From an uncultured Gemmataceae bacterium (GTDB taxonomy: Bacteria > Planctomycetota > Planctomycetia > Gemmatales > Gemmataceae), in NCBI GenBank assembly GCA_963750165.1, contig CAVVPN010000003.1:1-64000 (forward strand): DNA of 64,000 bases. The letters are read 5' to 3'. Below, one piece after another: positions 40,601 through 50,931 of this stretch; position 1 is the stretch's first letter; each line of letters starts with the position of its first letter. The notes under the pieces are model-generated. The model was not told the origin of the DNA. It was given only the letters and a program-made list of their open reading frames with translations, and ran no database searches. The position numbers and the translations under genes are program-made.

Positions 40601-40755
40601 GGTGACGTTATGCTTGAACTGGCGTCACAATGTTCGGGCAGGTGGTAACGACACTCCGGCCAATGATTAGAAGTATAACTGGTGTAAAAGCGGGTGAAAT
40701 GCTGAGTAGGCAAAGGGCAAAGAGACGACGCAAACAGTTGAAATAAAAAACCTTC

Positions 40756-40826
40756 TGGGGAATGGTGTAACGGTAGCACAGCAGACTCTGGATCTGCTTG
40801 TCTAGGTTCGAATCCTAGTTCCCCAA
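40756..40826 (+). tRNA. tRNA-Gln(CTG)
   Basis: TGGGGAA/TTCCCCA acceptor stem, GCAGA-CT-CTG-GA-TCTGC anticodon arm, GGTTCGAATCC T-loop; CCA not encoded. Confidence 0.95.
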
Positions 40827-41049
40827 CTTCCTTAAAGCCTTTCGCAACAATAACTTGGGGGAGGTTTTTTCTATTGCTATGGTGGCTGATTCACTGTTTG
40901 TCCACACTTTTCCCACACTTTTTGAAAAGTGTGGGGAACCCCATTCTTTGACGACCCGCGCCACAACAACAGCCCTCAGCTTCAATTCACCAAACCCGCG
41001 AGAGAACCGTAAAATGGACCCACCCCAGCCGCATCCGTTCCAATAGGCC

Positions 41050-41300
41050 CCGTCGCCCGCGGGGCCTTCCCAAGCCCTACACGCGCACCCGGCCGCCGGC
41101 AGCACCCGTCCTCGGCCCCTTCCACGCCGTCATCGACGCCATTCTCGCCGCCGACGAGGACGCGCTTCCCAAGCAGCGCCACACCGCCATGCAGTTCTTC
41201 CGGCGGCTGTGTGACGAGCACGGCTACCAGGGCGGCTACGACCAGGTGCGCCGCTACGTCGGCTGCCAGCGCCGCGACCGCCGCGAGACCTTCATCGCAC
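41050..41300 (+). mobile_element. IS21-family transposase (IstA) N-terminal remnant
   Basis: 'IDAILAADE..LPKQRHTA...FRRL.DEHGYQGGYDQVRRYV...R....ETFI'. Confidence 0.75.
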
Positions 41301-41337
41301 TACCTGGCCGCCCTGGGGCGAGCGCTCGCCCCAGGGC

Positions 41338-41490
41338 GCCGTGCAAGATCTTGAGGGCATCGCGTTCCTTCTGGCTCATAGCAATCCGGTCGGGGGTTGG
41401 CACGCTGGTAGTCATGGCTCCTCCTTGGCCTGGGCAAGGAGGACTTTTCTACCGCGTGCAGACCGGACATTTTTATTGTCGTTCAACACA
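41338..41490 (-). mobile_element. Left end of an ISNCY/IS481-like element
   Basis: End TGTGTTGAACGACAATAAAAATGTCC, RBS GGAGGAG, ATG at 41415, 'DRIAMSQKERDALKILHG', then truncated. Confidence 0.55.
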
Positions 41491-41530
41491 GGGTCTTTGT
41501 CGATTTTGCCGGCGTGGTTGGCTCTCGGGG

Positions 41531-41590
41531 GTAGCGGAAGTCGCCAGACTTCCGTCCAGCGCTGCTCGGAAGTCTGGCGACTTCCGCTAC
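41531..41590. repeat. GTAG-type REP doublet
   Basis: Same arms as 1654-1713. Confidence 0.85.
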
Positions 41591-41622
41591 CCCCAAACGC
41601 CTCGCGATCAAGCACCGCGGCC

Positions 41623-42750
41623 TCAGTCCGGCCCCGGTGTCGTGAGCAGGTAGGTGGCGAACGACGCCAGCCAGTGCTCGCCCTCGTAACTGCCGCTGGC
41701 GACATGGCCCAGCGCCGCCGCGGCGTGCCGCGCGGCCGCATTGATCAGCACCTTGCGGGCGGCGTTGTCGGCCGGCAGCGCCGCCGCGACGCCGCGCATG
41801 CACCACGCCCGGCTCAAATTGAGCCCGTCCAGGTGGACAATCTGCGGGTCGGTGCGATCCGCCACTGTCGCCGGCACCAGCAGCGTTTTCGGCTCGCCCT
41901 TCGCCAGGTCCGGCAGGTAGCGCTGGAACCACTGCCGGAACTCGGCCGCCGGCAGCACGCGGCGCATCAGGTCCGCTTCCATCAGGCTCGGCGAGAAGAA
42001 ATCGGCGCCGTCCGGCTCCCACTTCGCGGGAATCTGCTCGTCCTTGCCGAAGTAGGTCCGGCTGCGCTCCTCGACCAGCGCCAGCAACTGCTTGTGGCTG
42101 ACGGCCTTCGCATAATCATGGGCGAATGCGAGGCCGAAGGCGGTGTTGGGGTGAACCCCCGTGCGAATGGGGTACGTCTGCTTCGGCAGGAATTCGAGGT
42201 AGCGCGTCACGAGCACGTCCGCGACCGGCTGCAAATGTTTGGCCCACTGTTTGGCGTCGGCGTCGTCCCAGGCGCGCAGCTCCTCCGTGAGCTTGAGCAG
42301 CCAGGCCCAGCCGTAGGTGCGCTCGAAGGATTTGCGATTGGGCTGGCTGAAGTAGTCGGCCTCGACTTGCAGGTTCTTCGCGGTCAGGTGCACCGCGAGG
42401 GCGGCGCGGATGTCCTTCGCTTCGGGCAGGTCGGGGAAGCGGCGCAGCAGCCGCACGAGCATCCAGTGGCTGTGGACGGCGGAGTGCCAGTCGAAGCAAC
42501 CGTAGAACGCGGGGTGCAGCGCCCGCGGCGTCTTGGCGTCGGCGTCCGCGTTGAGGACGTGGCCGGGCTTGTTGGGGTATTCCTTCTTGATGCCCTTGAG
42601 CGCCAACTTGGCGAAGGCAGACGCCTGTTGCTGCGTCAGGGTCAGGGTGGTTTTCGGGGGCTGCGGTTGCTGGGCAGGTGTGGACATGGTAAGCCAGGGT
42701 GCCAGAAGGATGGGAGATACAATCGCCGCCAGGACGCACGTTGATCGCAT
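41623..42750 (-). CDS. DUF2891 domain protein (secreted)
   Basis: 'EYPNK', 'HPAFYGCFDWHSAVH.HW', 'FERTYGWAWLL', 'HLDGLNLSRAW', 'Y.GEHWLASFA'. Confidence 0.88.
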   Translation of the reverse strand: MRSTCVLAAIVSPILLAPWLTMSTPAQQPQPPKTTLTLTQQQASAFAKLALKGIKKEYPNKPGHVLNADADAKTPRALHPAFYGCFDWHSAVHSHWMLVRLLRRFPDLPEAKDIRAALAVHLTAKNLQVEADYFSQPNRKSFERTYGWAWLLKLTEELRAWDDADAKQWAKHLQPVADVLVTRYLEFLPKQTYPIRTGVHPNTAFGLAFAHDYAKAVSHKQLLALVEERSRTYFGKDEQIPAKWEPDGADFFSPSLMEADLMRRVLPAAEFRQWFQRYLPDLAKGEPKTLLVPATVADRTDPQIVHLDGLNLSRAWCMRGVAAALPADNAARKVLINAAARHAAAALGHVASGSYEGEHWLASFATYLLTTPGPD

Positions 42751-42753
42751 GGG

Positions 42754-43359
42754 TCAGGTCTCCTGCTTCAGTTGGGTTGGCTCGAGGTGTGCCAGGCGCG
42801 CTTGCAGCCGTGCCTTCACCTGCGGCCACTCGCTAACGATGATGCTGTACATGACGGTATCCCGAACACGGTCGCCCTGGGTGAGCCTGTGCGACCGCAG
42901 CACGCCTTCCCTGACCGCGCCCAGTTTCTCAATGGCGGCCTGCGAGCGCGTGTTGCGGAGATCGGTACACAGGGCGACGCGGTTCATGCCGAGGACTTCA
43001 AACGCCTGGGCGAGCAGCAGCAGCTTGCACTCCGGGTTGACCGCCGTGCCCCACACCGCCGGCGCGTACCAGGTGGAGCCGATTTCCAGGCGCCGGTCGC
43101 GCGGCGTGAAGTCGAGGTAACTGGTGCTGCCGAGGACGGCCTGGTCGGCACGGCGGCGCACGGCGAACGGGATCAGCCGACCCGCCGCGCGCTGCGCCAG
43201 GGCGTCCTCGAACCAGCGATCAAAGCCCGGGCCGCGGGCCAGGGTCAGGGTGTACGTCCAGATGCGTTCGTCGTCCGCGGCGGTGCGCAGCGCATCGCGG
43301 TGCTGGTCGCCCAGCGGTTCGAGTTGCACCCACTGCCCGGTCGGGTTGGGAATGTCCAT
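42754..43359 (-). CDS. GNAT (RimJ/RimL-like) N-acetyltransferase
   Basis: 'LEIGSTW', 'NPECKLLLL..AFE', 'TD.RN.RSQ.AIEKLGA.REG.LR', 'RDTVMYSI...EWP'. Confidence 0.88.
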   Translation of the reverse strand: MDIPNPTGQWVQLEPLGDQHRDALRTAADDERIWTYTLTLARGPGFDRWFEDALAQRAAGRLIPFAVRRRADQAVLGSTSYLDFTPRDRRLEIGSTWYAPAVWGTAVNPECKLLLLAQAFEVLGMNRVALCTDLRNTRSQAAIEKLGAVREGVLRSHRLTQGDRVRDTVMYSIIVSEWPQVKARLQARLAHLEPTQLKQET

Positions 43360-43416
43360 CGATATACTCCGGGTTCCTGTCTCCCGATGCCAAATCGAGG
43401 AGATGTCGCGCATGGG

Positions 43417-43484
43417 TCTTTGCCCCGAAGGGGCGGAACAACTTAGCCCAGGGCTAAGTTGTTCCGCCCCTTCGGGGCAAAGAC
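43417..43484. repeat. REP palindrome (GCCCCGAAGGGGC type)
   Basis: TCTTTGCCCCGAAGGGGCGGAACAACTTAGCCC A GGGCTAAGTTGTTCCGCCCCTTCGGGGCAAAGA; half copy at about 21430-21450. Confidence 0.8.
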
Positions 43485-43522
43485 ACCTCCAGGATGGCGC
43501 TTGCAACCACGACTGCCGGCAC

Positions 43523-44545
43523 TCATTCTTTCCGCTGATAAATCGGCAGCAGCCGATACTCGACCGTCAGTGCCAGCACTGCCATCGCCGTGCCATAGTT
43601 GGGGCCGTAGCCGTCGCCGCCGATCCAGCTGCCGTTCGGCAGTTGCTGGCTGAGCAGCACCTTGTGCAGCAGCGGCTTGAAATGGCTCCAGTAGCCGCCG
43701 CCAAGTTGAAACGTCCCCTGGGCACAGTAGTAGGCGCTGTAAAAGAAATGGCCATCGCTCCAGGCAGGCGGCTCCTTGAGCAGCAGCGCGCCGGCCTGCA
43801 GCGCCTCGCGTGTGTGGTGCCGGTCCTTGCCGCAAATCTCCAGCGCCAGGATGCCGGTGCCGGTGCAGGCGACCGTGTGCCGGCCGCCGGGCTGGTAGCA
43901 GAAGCCGTGCGTGTACGGGTCGCGGCAACTCAGGACATACTTCACCGCCAGGTCGATGCGCTCTGCGGGCACGTCGCAGCCGAGGTTTTTCGCGGCCCGC
44001 AGCGCCAGCAGCTGCCAGCCGGTCACGCTCAGGTCCGCGTCCGAGCTATCCACACGGTAGCGCCAGCCGCCGGCGTGCGGCCCGCTCGTCCGCTGCGCCG
44101 CCAGCAGCACCGGCACCGCCTTTTGCAGCGCCGTCCGGATGTCCTTGCCCAGCGCCTCGTCGGTCATGCCCGCGACCTCCGCGAGCATCAGCGTGCAGAC
44201 GCCGTGGTGGTACATCTCATGGCCGCCGACCGTGGCGATCAGGCCGTTGGGCTGCTGCGCGGCCAGGACGTGCCGGATGCCCTTCGTGACCACCTCACCA
44301 TAGGGGCCCTCGCCCGGGACGTGGCCGGCGGACAGGTAGGCCATGACCGCCAGGCTGGTGATGGCCGGGTTGTGCTCCGCGGCGCGGGCCACGCGCCAGG
44401 AGCCGTCTTCCTCCTGCATGGTCTTGAGGAACGCCAGGGCGCGGTCCACGGCGTCGTCGGCGCGGTCGCGGGCGGGCGACTGGGCAACCGCGGCGCCAGG
44501 CCAACAAAAACCCAGGATCACGAGGACTGCCACGGGCCGGACCAT
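43523..44545 (-). CDS. Prenyltransferase/squalene-oxidase repeat protein
   Basis: 'Q..DGSW', 'MYHHG.CTL.LAE', 'GGWRY', 'DLSVT.WQL.ALRAAKN.G', 'Q..NGSW'. Confidence 0.85.
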   Translation of the reverse strand: MVRPVAVLVILGFCWPGAAVAQSPARDRADDAVDRALAFLKTMQEEDGSWRVARAAEHNPAITSLAVMAYLSAGHVPGEGPYGEVVTKGIRHVLAAQQPNGLIATVGGHEMYHHGVCTLMLAEVAGMTDEALGKDIRTALQKAVPVLLAAQRTSGPHAGGWRYRVDSSDADLSVTGWQLLALRAAKNLGCDVPAERIDLAVKYVLSCRDPYTHGFCYQPGGRHTVACTGTGILALEICGKDRHHTREALQAGALLLKEPPAWSDGHFFYSAYYCAQGTFQLGGGYWSHFKPLLHKVLLSQQLPNGSWIGGDGYGPNYGTAMAVLALTVEYRLLPIYQRKE

Positions 44546-44547
44546 CG

Positions 44548-47500
44548 TCAGTCCCCCTTCCGCGCCGGCCGCGCCAGCTGCTCGAAATAGCGCTGAATCA
44601 ACTCCGCGTAGTCGGCGCCGTAGCGGGTGCGGAAGTCTTGCAGCAGCCGTGTCCGCAGTTCCCCGGGCAGTTCACCCCACGACTTGCCGGCGTATTTGCG
44701 ATACTCCTTGCCGAAGCGCTCCAGGCTCGGCAGTCCGCCCGGCGCGGCCCCCAGGAAGTTCGACTGTGGGTTGGCCGTCGTCGGCCCGGCCGGCGCCAGC
44801 TGCTGGGCGGTCTGGTCCGCGGCACGCCGCAGCGCCTGGGCCGCGTCCTGCATGGCCGCCTGCGCCCCCGGCACCTGGCCCTGCGCCAGCTGGCTCTCCG
44901 CCCGGGCCATCTGCCGCGGCCCTGTTGCAGCGCCTGTCCCGCCACGGCCTGGTCCGCCTTGCCGGGGTCGCGTGCCATCTGGGTCAGCTGCTGGGCGGCT
45001 TCCTGGGCCTGGGCCGCCGCCTTGCCGAGCAATTTCAACGCCTGCTCGCGCTCCGCCTGGGCCTTGCCAAGGTTGCCCTCCTTCGCCTGTGCCTGCGCCA
45101 GCTTCATCGCCGTTGCCGCCTCGCCGGTGGCAGCCGCGGCCTCGTCGGCGGCCAGACCGGCGGTGGGCGTGCCCTGGCTGTCCTTGCCCAGCTGTTCCAG
45201 CTTCTTCATCAACCCGGCCGTCTCGGCGGCGACATCCGCCTGCTTGCCGGCCGTCTTCTCCGGCTCCGCGTCCGGCAACTTCGTCAGCCGCCGCACCGCC
45301 TCCTGCAATTCCCGCTGCGCCTCCGCCAGCTGCCGGGCCTGCTCCTGCTGCGCCTGGACCGCCGCGCTGTCCGCCAGGCGTTCGAGTTCCTTCACGGCCT
45401 GCCCCTGCCGCTCCACCGCGACGGCGGCATTGCCTTCCTTGAGCGCCTCGGCCGCCTTCCGGGCGGCACCGACCTCTGGCGTCTTTTCCGTCTTCACGTC
45501 GCGGGCCAGCTGGGCGGCCTTCTCGGCCAACTCCTGTTGCTGGCGCATCAGTTCCGCCAACTTCGTCTCGACCAGGTGCTTGAACGTTTTGTCACCGTCC
45601 ATGGTCAACTGCTGCTGTTTCTGGGTCAGCTCCTGAGCCTGCGTCGCCAGCTGCTGCGCCTGCCGGGCGCGGGCGGCGTCCAGGGCGGCGCGCACCAGCG
45701 AACTCTTTTCCGCCAGCCGCCGCATGGCTGCCGCCAACTTCGCCTGCTCCGCCCGCAGCGCCTCCAGCTTTTGCTGTGCCGCCGGGTCTTTTGCCAGGCG
45801 GGCCAGCTCGGCTTGTCGCTCCGCCAGTTTGGCCAACTCCAGTTGATCGAGGCGATCCTGCGCCGCCCGGTCGTTGTCCTGGTGCAGGCCGTCGAGCAGC
45901 TGCTGCGCCCGGGCCAGTTCCTCGTCGGCCGCGAGCAACAGCTGGGCACGGCGGGCGGCGTCCACCTCCGGCCGGCCGGCGTCGGCCAGGGCCTGCTCGC
46001 TGCGGTGCAGCGGACCGGCGGTCAGCTGCCGGGCGCGTTCGGCGAGGTCACGCAGCCCCGGCCGGGCGGCGGCCAGGTCCGCCAGCTGCGCCAGCTGGGC
46101 CGTGATCGCGTCGTTCTGGCGCCGCAGCGCCGCCAGCTGGCGGTCCTGCTCGGCGCCGGATAGCGGCTGTTCGCGCACCTGCGCCAGGTCTGTTCGCTCC
46201 GTTTGCAGTGCCTTCTGAATGGCCGTCACGCGGTCCCGAATGTCGTCGTGCTGCGCTGCCACCTCCTGCCGCGCCAGGGCCGGCGCTGCCTTGCGGACGC
46301 GCAGCAACAACCAGCGGGCCTGAGTCCCGTCCGGCGGCGGCCAGAACGCAGTCTGCGGCGCCAGGCCGGCGACACGGCGGTTGTCGGCGGCGGCCAGGCG
46401 GAACGCCAGCACGTCGCCGTCCTTGACCTTGCCAGCCAGCTGGAACAGGTGTCGCGCGTGGCGGTGCGTCGCCGTGGACCCGGAGGCGACCTGGAGTTCC
46501 TCGCGGCACACCGGGCCGTGGTTGACGCGGTATTCCAGCCACAGCCTTTCGACGCCGAAGTCATCCATCACGGTCAGGTGCAGCGGCAGGCGGTCGTCGA
46601 GCGGCACCTGGCGGGTCTGGGCCACGTCGAGCAGTTCATGAAACGGCGTGTCGCTGCGGCCGCCGGGCCACGCGGCGCTGGTGCCGCTCACCACCATGTC
46701 CGGCAAGTCCGGCGGCGCGATCAGCGGTGGGGCGTCGGCCACGACCGTCAGCGCCGGCAGTGGCTGCGGGCCGCCGGTCGATTCCAGGAACACGTTGACC
46801 GCAAAGGCCCCGGTTTCGGGCAGGGTCACCTTCACCCCGCCGCCCTTGCCGTCAGCCGTCAATGACAGCGGTACTCGGCGGCGCTGGCCGGTGGCCAGGT
46901 GGGTGAGTTCCAGGTGCGCCCGGCCACGGGCCGTGTGAAGCGCAGGTCAAAGGCAACGGCGCCGTGCTGCACGGCGGTGCGCAGCGTCAGCGGCGGCTGC
47001 GTTTGCGGCGGTTGCGCGACCGGATCGACGTAGGGCGGCGGCGTCACGGTGACGCGCGAGGCAGCGGCGTCCAGGCGGACCGGCTCCGGGTCGCACTCCA
47101 GGGTGCAACAGAAGTCCGGATCGACCGGGTTCCATAAACGCTGGATAAAGTGTTGCGCGCTGGCCGACAACGCAGCCGTTGCGGTCGTGAGCAGCAGTGC
47201 TGCCAGAGCCGCGGCCGCCAGCCGTAGGCTCGCCCGCACCGGGGCCACGGCCGACACGTCGAGCCCTTGCGTCTGGTCCGCCGTCTGCGCGAACAGCAAT
47301 TCCACCAGGACAGGCGCTCCGTTGGTGAGGTCGCGCCGCTCGACGAGGGCGACGCTACTGGTCAGGCGTTCGCAGAGCTGCGGATAACGGCGTTCGATCA
47401 GCGCCGCCAGTGCGTGAGCGTCGGCCCGTCGGCACAATGGCCGCAGCACCAGAAAGCCGATGATCGCCAGTGATCCGACAGCCAGGACAATCTCGCCCGC

Positions 47501-47680
47501 CCACAGCTGGAACGGCGTCAGCTTTAGCCAGTGGTCCGCGGCGAAGAGCAGTAACAGGCCGAGCGCCAGGAAGAGCACCACGGCACTGACGCCGCGCAGC
47601 AGGCGCAGGCGGCGGAGGCGGCCGGCCAGGACGACGAGTGGGCGGCGCAGCGGCGCGGGCAACGTGGAGGGGCTGGTCAA
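44548..47680 (-). CDS. Large membrane-anchored coiled-coil protein (DUF4175-like); frameshifts near 46915 and 44915
   Basis: N-terminal TM helices, 'IE...P.L.ERL.S.V', 'DDFGV', long Q/A/E coiled coils, C-terminal 'WGELP', 'Y.ELI.RYF..LA' across three consecutive ORFs. Confidence 0.7.
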
Positions 47681-47989
47681 GGCAAGTCTCCCTGGGCGAG
47701 GCGGCGTCAGACGGCGGGTTCGCTCGGCAGTGGTGTTGATTGTATGGCAGCGGCGGGCGGCCACACAAGGAAGAAAGCCCCTGATTGCCCTCGGCGCCTC
47801 CTGCACGAGGCGTAAATGGCGCGGGCCGGTCGCCGAATAGAGCAGAGTGCGGAGGGGAGTAGCGGTCTGGGGAGTCACCTGGCCACATGGCCACATGGCG
47901 CGCCCCCTACCTCCCGGCCTGGCAACCCCTGGCACTGCTACTCCCCTCCACCAACTGCGCTAAGTTGGCGATGAGGAGAGGCAAGGGTT

Positions 47990-48092
47990 TATTGCAGATT
48001 GCGAATGGGTGTAGCGGAAGTCGCCAGACTTCCGAGCAGCACCGGACGGAAGTCTGGCGACTTCCGCTACACCCAACTGCGAACCACTGCTC
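47990..48092 (-). repeat. REP doublet with flanks; about 100-bp inverted copy of 1636-1734
   Basis: Reverse complement matches GGTTCGCAGTTGGGTGTAGCGG...CATTCGCAATCTGCAATA. Confidence 0.85.
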
Positions 48093-48227
48093 TGTAAATA
48101 GGCCGCATTCCTGATGGTACGTTCAGTGGTTGCGGCCATTTTCATGAACTCTGGGTGAACCCCAGTTCATGACGACTCTAATAAGGGCGAGAAACCTCGG
48201 TTACATACACTCTGGAGGAAGGCCACG

Positions 48228-48440
48228 ATGACTGGGCAATTTCAGATGAGTGAAGCGGACCTGGGCGGGTTGGCGGGGTTGCTGGTGGACGAGGCCGAAC
48301 GGCAAGCGCAAGCCAGGGGCGGCCACGTCACCGTGTACTTCCGGGATGGGGTGTCGTTTCCGGTGACGGCCAACTTTGATCCGCAGCGTGTGTGCGTGGC
48401 CGTCACCAACGGCGTGGTCACCGATGCGACCATCGGCTGA
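48228..48440 (+). CDS. Small protein resembling the I78/I13 peptidase-inhibitor fold
   Basis: RBS GGAGGA; 'PVTANFDPQRV.V.V.NGVV....IG' resembles 'VTMDF.P.R....GVV...G'. Confidence 0.5.
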   Translation: MTGQFQMSEADLGGLAGLLVDEAERQAQARGGHVTVYFRDGVSFPVTANFDPQRVCVAVTNGVVTDATIG

Positions 48441-48452
48441 GTAGAAAGAGAT

Positions 48453-48552
48453 TTCACCACAGAGAACGCGGAGAGCGCAGAGAGAGGACAAAAGAGCTGG
48501 GTTGTCCAATTCTTGGTCTTCTCTCTGCGCTCTCCGCATTCTCTGTGGTGAA
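48453..48552. repeat. Inverted repeat of 9-mer tandems (CGCAGAGAG-like), empty
   Basis: TTCACCACAGAGAACGCGGAGAGCGCAGAGAGA ... TCTCTCTGCGCTCTCCGCATTCTCTGTGGTGAA. Confidence 0.85.
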
Positions 48553-48565
48553 TATTGTCTTCTTT

Positions 48566-49276
48566 CTATTCCCCTTCGCGCAGCGGCTGCGGTCGCAGCA
48601 ACCGTACCGCCTCCGCCAGCGGCTGCGCCTGCCAGGTGTGGCCCACCGGCTGCACCGCCGGCGGCTGCGGCGCCGGTGCCGGCTGGGGCAGCGCCAGCTG
48701 GACACAGATGTCGCGGTCCACTTCCAACGTCCGCGGCCCGTTCAACGTCAGCTGCGCAACCACGCGCAACCGCTCGTGCTTCGGCCACGCCTTCCACGGC
48801 AGCACCAGGAAATAGCCCGAGCCCGTCCGCGCCGAGCGCCACTCGTCGCGCAACTGCTCCGCCGGCACGTCCCAGGAACACAGGATCGATTTCGACCCGT
48901 CCGCGCTGATTTGCAGCGCGGTGATGCGCAGGTTGCCGTGGATCGGCACGATCTGATCGGTTGCGTCGCGCGGCTCCAGCGCGACCTGCAGCGCCTCGTC
49001 GCCGGGCTGCTCGTCGCTGTCGTGGCCGCTGGTGCGCGGGCCCAGCGTCAGGCGTTTGACGGCGGCGGCAGGAACGGGGGGCGGGGGAGGCGATTTCTTG
49101 GTACTGACCTCGGTGGCGGACGTTTGTTTGATGCCGTCCGGTTTGGTCAGGTTGTCCTTGTCGGCGCCGTCGCGGCCGGGCATGAACAGAGGGGAGTCGT
49201 TGACGTTCACCTGGTGACAGCCAGCCAGGGCGCACGCCAGGAGCAGGGCGAACCAGGGTCGGCGTCGTGCCTGCAT
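48566..49276 (-). CDS. Hypothetical lipoprotein
   Basis: Lipobox 'LAGC'; 'PGDE.LQV.LEPRD', 'LPWK.WP'. Confidence 0.75.
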   Translation of the reverse strand: MQARRRPWFALLLACALAGCHQVNVNDSPLFMPGRDGADKDNLTKPDGIKQTSATEVSTKKSPPPPPVPAAAVKRLTLGPRTSGHDSDEQPGDEALQVALEPRDATDQIVPIHGNLRITALQISADGSKSILCSWDVPAEQLRDEWRSARTGSGYFLVLPWKAWPKHERLRVVAQLTLNGPRTLEVDRDICVQLALPQPAPAPQPPAVQPVGHTWQAQPLAEAVRLLRPQPLREGE

Positions 49277-49293
49277 GGGGGGACTTCCTTTGT

Positions 49294-49361
49294 GATTGCA
49301 GATTGCAAATTGAAAAACAACAACGTTCCGGTCTTTCAATTTGCAATCTGCAATCTGCAAT
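49294..49361. repeat. Inverted repeat of 7-mer tandems (ATTGCAG), empty
   Basis: GATTGCAGATTGCAAATTGAAA ... TTTCAATTTGCAATCTGCAATCTGCAAT. Confidence 0.85.
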
Positions 49362-49366
49362 GCTTG

Positions 49367-49984
49367 TCAGCCGTTGGCCGGCGGTCGCGCACCCATCGTG
49401 CTCGGCAACCGCTCCAGCACGACATCGACCAGGCCGTACTCCTTCGCCTCCCCGGGCGACATGAACTTGTCGCGGTCGGTGTCGCGCTCGATCTCCTCCA
49501 GCGTGCGGCCGGTGTGCTTCATCAGGATTTCGTTGAGGTCGCGCTTGAGGCGCTGGAACTCCTTCAGGTGCAGCAGAATGTCGGTGGTGGTGCCCTGGGT
49601 GCCAGCCAGCGGCTGGTGGATCATCACCCGGGCGTGCGGCAGCGCGTGGCGTTTGCCTTTCGCCCCGGCCGTCAGCAGCACCGCGCCCATGCTCGCCGCC
49701 TGGCCGATGCAGTAGGTCGCCACGGGACAGGTCAGGTACTGCATCGTGTCGTAGATGCTCATGCCCGCCGTCACCGACCCGCCGGGCGAGTTGATGTACA
49801 GGTGGATGTCGGTCTTGGGATCCTCGAACTGCAGGTACAGCAACTGGGCGACAATGAGGTTGGCGCTGTGGTCGTCCACCTGGCCCTGCAGGAAGACGAT
49901 GCGGTCGCGCAGCAGACGGCTGTAGATGTCGTAGACTCGATCTTCACGGCCGTTGCGTTCGACCACAAAGGGGACGCTCGGCAT
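49367..49984 (-). CDS. clpP: ATP-dependent Clp protease proteolytic subunit
   Basis: '[15 protein letters not shown]', 'YINSPGGSV', 'GQAASMG', 'MIHQP', '[17 protein letters not shown]'. Confidence 0.96.
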   Translation of the reverse strand: MPSVPFVVERNGREDRVYDIYSRLLRDRIVFLQGQVDDHSANLIVAQLLYLQFEDPKTDIHLYINSPGGSVTAGMSIYDTMQYLTCPVATYCIGQAASMGAVLLTAGAKGKRHALPHARVMIHQPLAGTQGTTTDILLHLKEFQRLKRDLNEILMKHTGRTLEEIERDTDRDKFMSPGEAKEYGLVDVVLERLPSTMGARPPANG

Positions 49985-50105
49985 GGCTGGGTTCTCCTTG
50001 CTAACCCGGCCCCGAATCAATATCGGCAGCCGGGTGGGGTCGCGTTGAGGAATTCGATTCGGTTAGTTGTGCGGGGGCCGCGACGCGGAGCGTCCCGTGC
50101 CGCGG

Positions 50106-50757
50106 TTACTTCTTCGGCAGCTCTTCCGAAATTTTCTGGATGACCTCATCGACCAGGCCAAACTCCTTGGCCTCCTGGGCCGAGAAGAAGCGGTCGCGCT
50201 CGGTCTCAGTGGCGATCTGCTCAACCGGCCGGCCGGTGTGCCTGGCCAGGATTTCGTTGAGGCGCAGTGCGCTCCTTCATGATCTCATTGGCCTGAATCT
50301 CGATGTCGGAGATCTGGCCGCCGACCTCGCCCCAGGGTTGGTGGATCATGACCTTCGAGTTGGGCAGGGCGTAGCGCTTGCCCTTGCTGCCGGCCGCCAA
50401 AATGATGGCGGCGCCGCTGGCGGCGATGCCCATGCAGTAGGTCGAGATCGGGCACTCCATGTACTGCATGGTGTCGTAGATGGCCAGCGTCGCGGTCACC
50501 GAACCGCCAGGGCAGTTGATGTAAAAGTGGATTTCCTGGTTGCGGTTCTCGTACTGCAGGAACAGCAACTTCTGGATGGTGACGTTGGCCAGGTAATCGG
50601 TGATCGGAGCCTGACCGCCGGTCTCGGGCGAGCTGCCCAGGAAAACGATGCGGTTCTCCAGCAGCAGGTCGCCCAGCGTCATCTGCCGCTGCCGGGCGTA
50701 GTCGCGGTAGCGCTGGTTCATGGGCGTGAACGGAGTCGGGCCGTTCGTCTCGAACAT
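50106..50757 (-). CDS. clpP: Second ClpP paralog; frameshift near 50268
   Basis: '[10 protein letters not shown]', 'YINCPGGSV', 'GIAASG', 'MIHQP'; after the shift, '[10 protein letters not shown]...[19 protein letters not shown]'. Confidence 0.9.
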
Positions 50758-50775
50758 GGCACAATCCTCTTGTGG

Positions 50776-50923
50776 ATTGCAGCTTGCAGATTGCGGATTG
50801 CAGATTGAAAGGCCGGGTTCGTCGTACCAGCTGTAGCCGGAACCGGACACCCAGATTCCGCCTAAAGGCGGTACTACCAACCCAGGCTCTTCAATCTGCA
50901 ATCTGCAAGCTGCAAGCTGCAAT
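50776..50923. repeat. Inverted repeat of 7-mer tandems (ATTGCAG) with a REP pair in the loop
   Basis: Arms 50776-50809/50890-50923; loop contains CAGATTCCGCCTAAAGGCGGTACTAC as at 26330. Confidence 0.85.
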
Positions 50924-50931
50924 TGATTTGG

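Noticed and set aside
49277..49360. N-terminal extensions such as 'MQIADCKLK' or 'ICAICV' on several ORFs
   Set aside because: These are translations of the heptamer/nonamer hairpins, not protein sequence.
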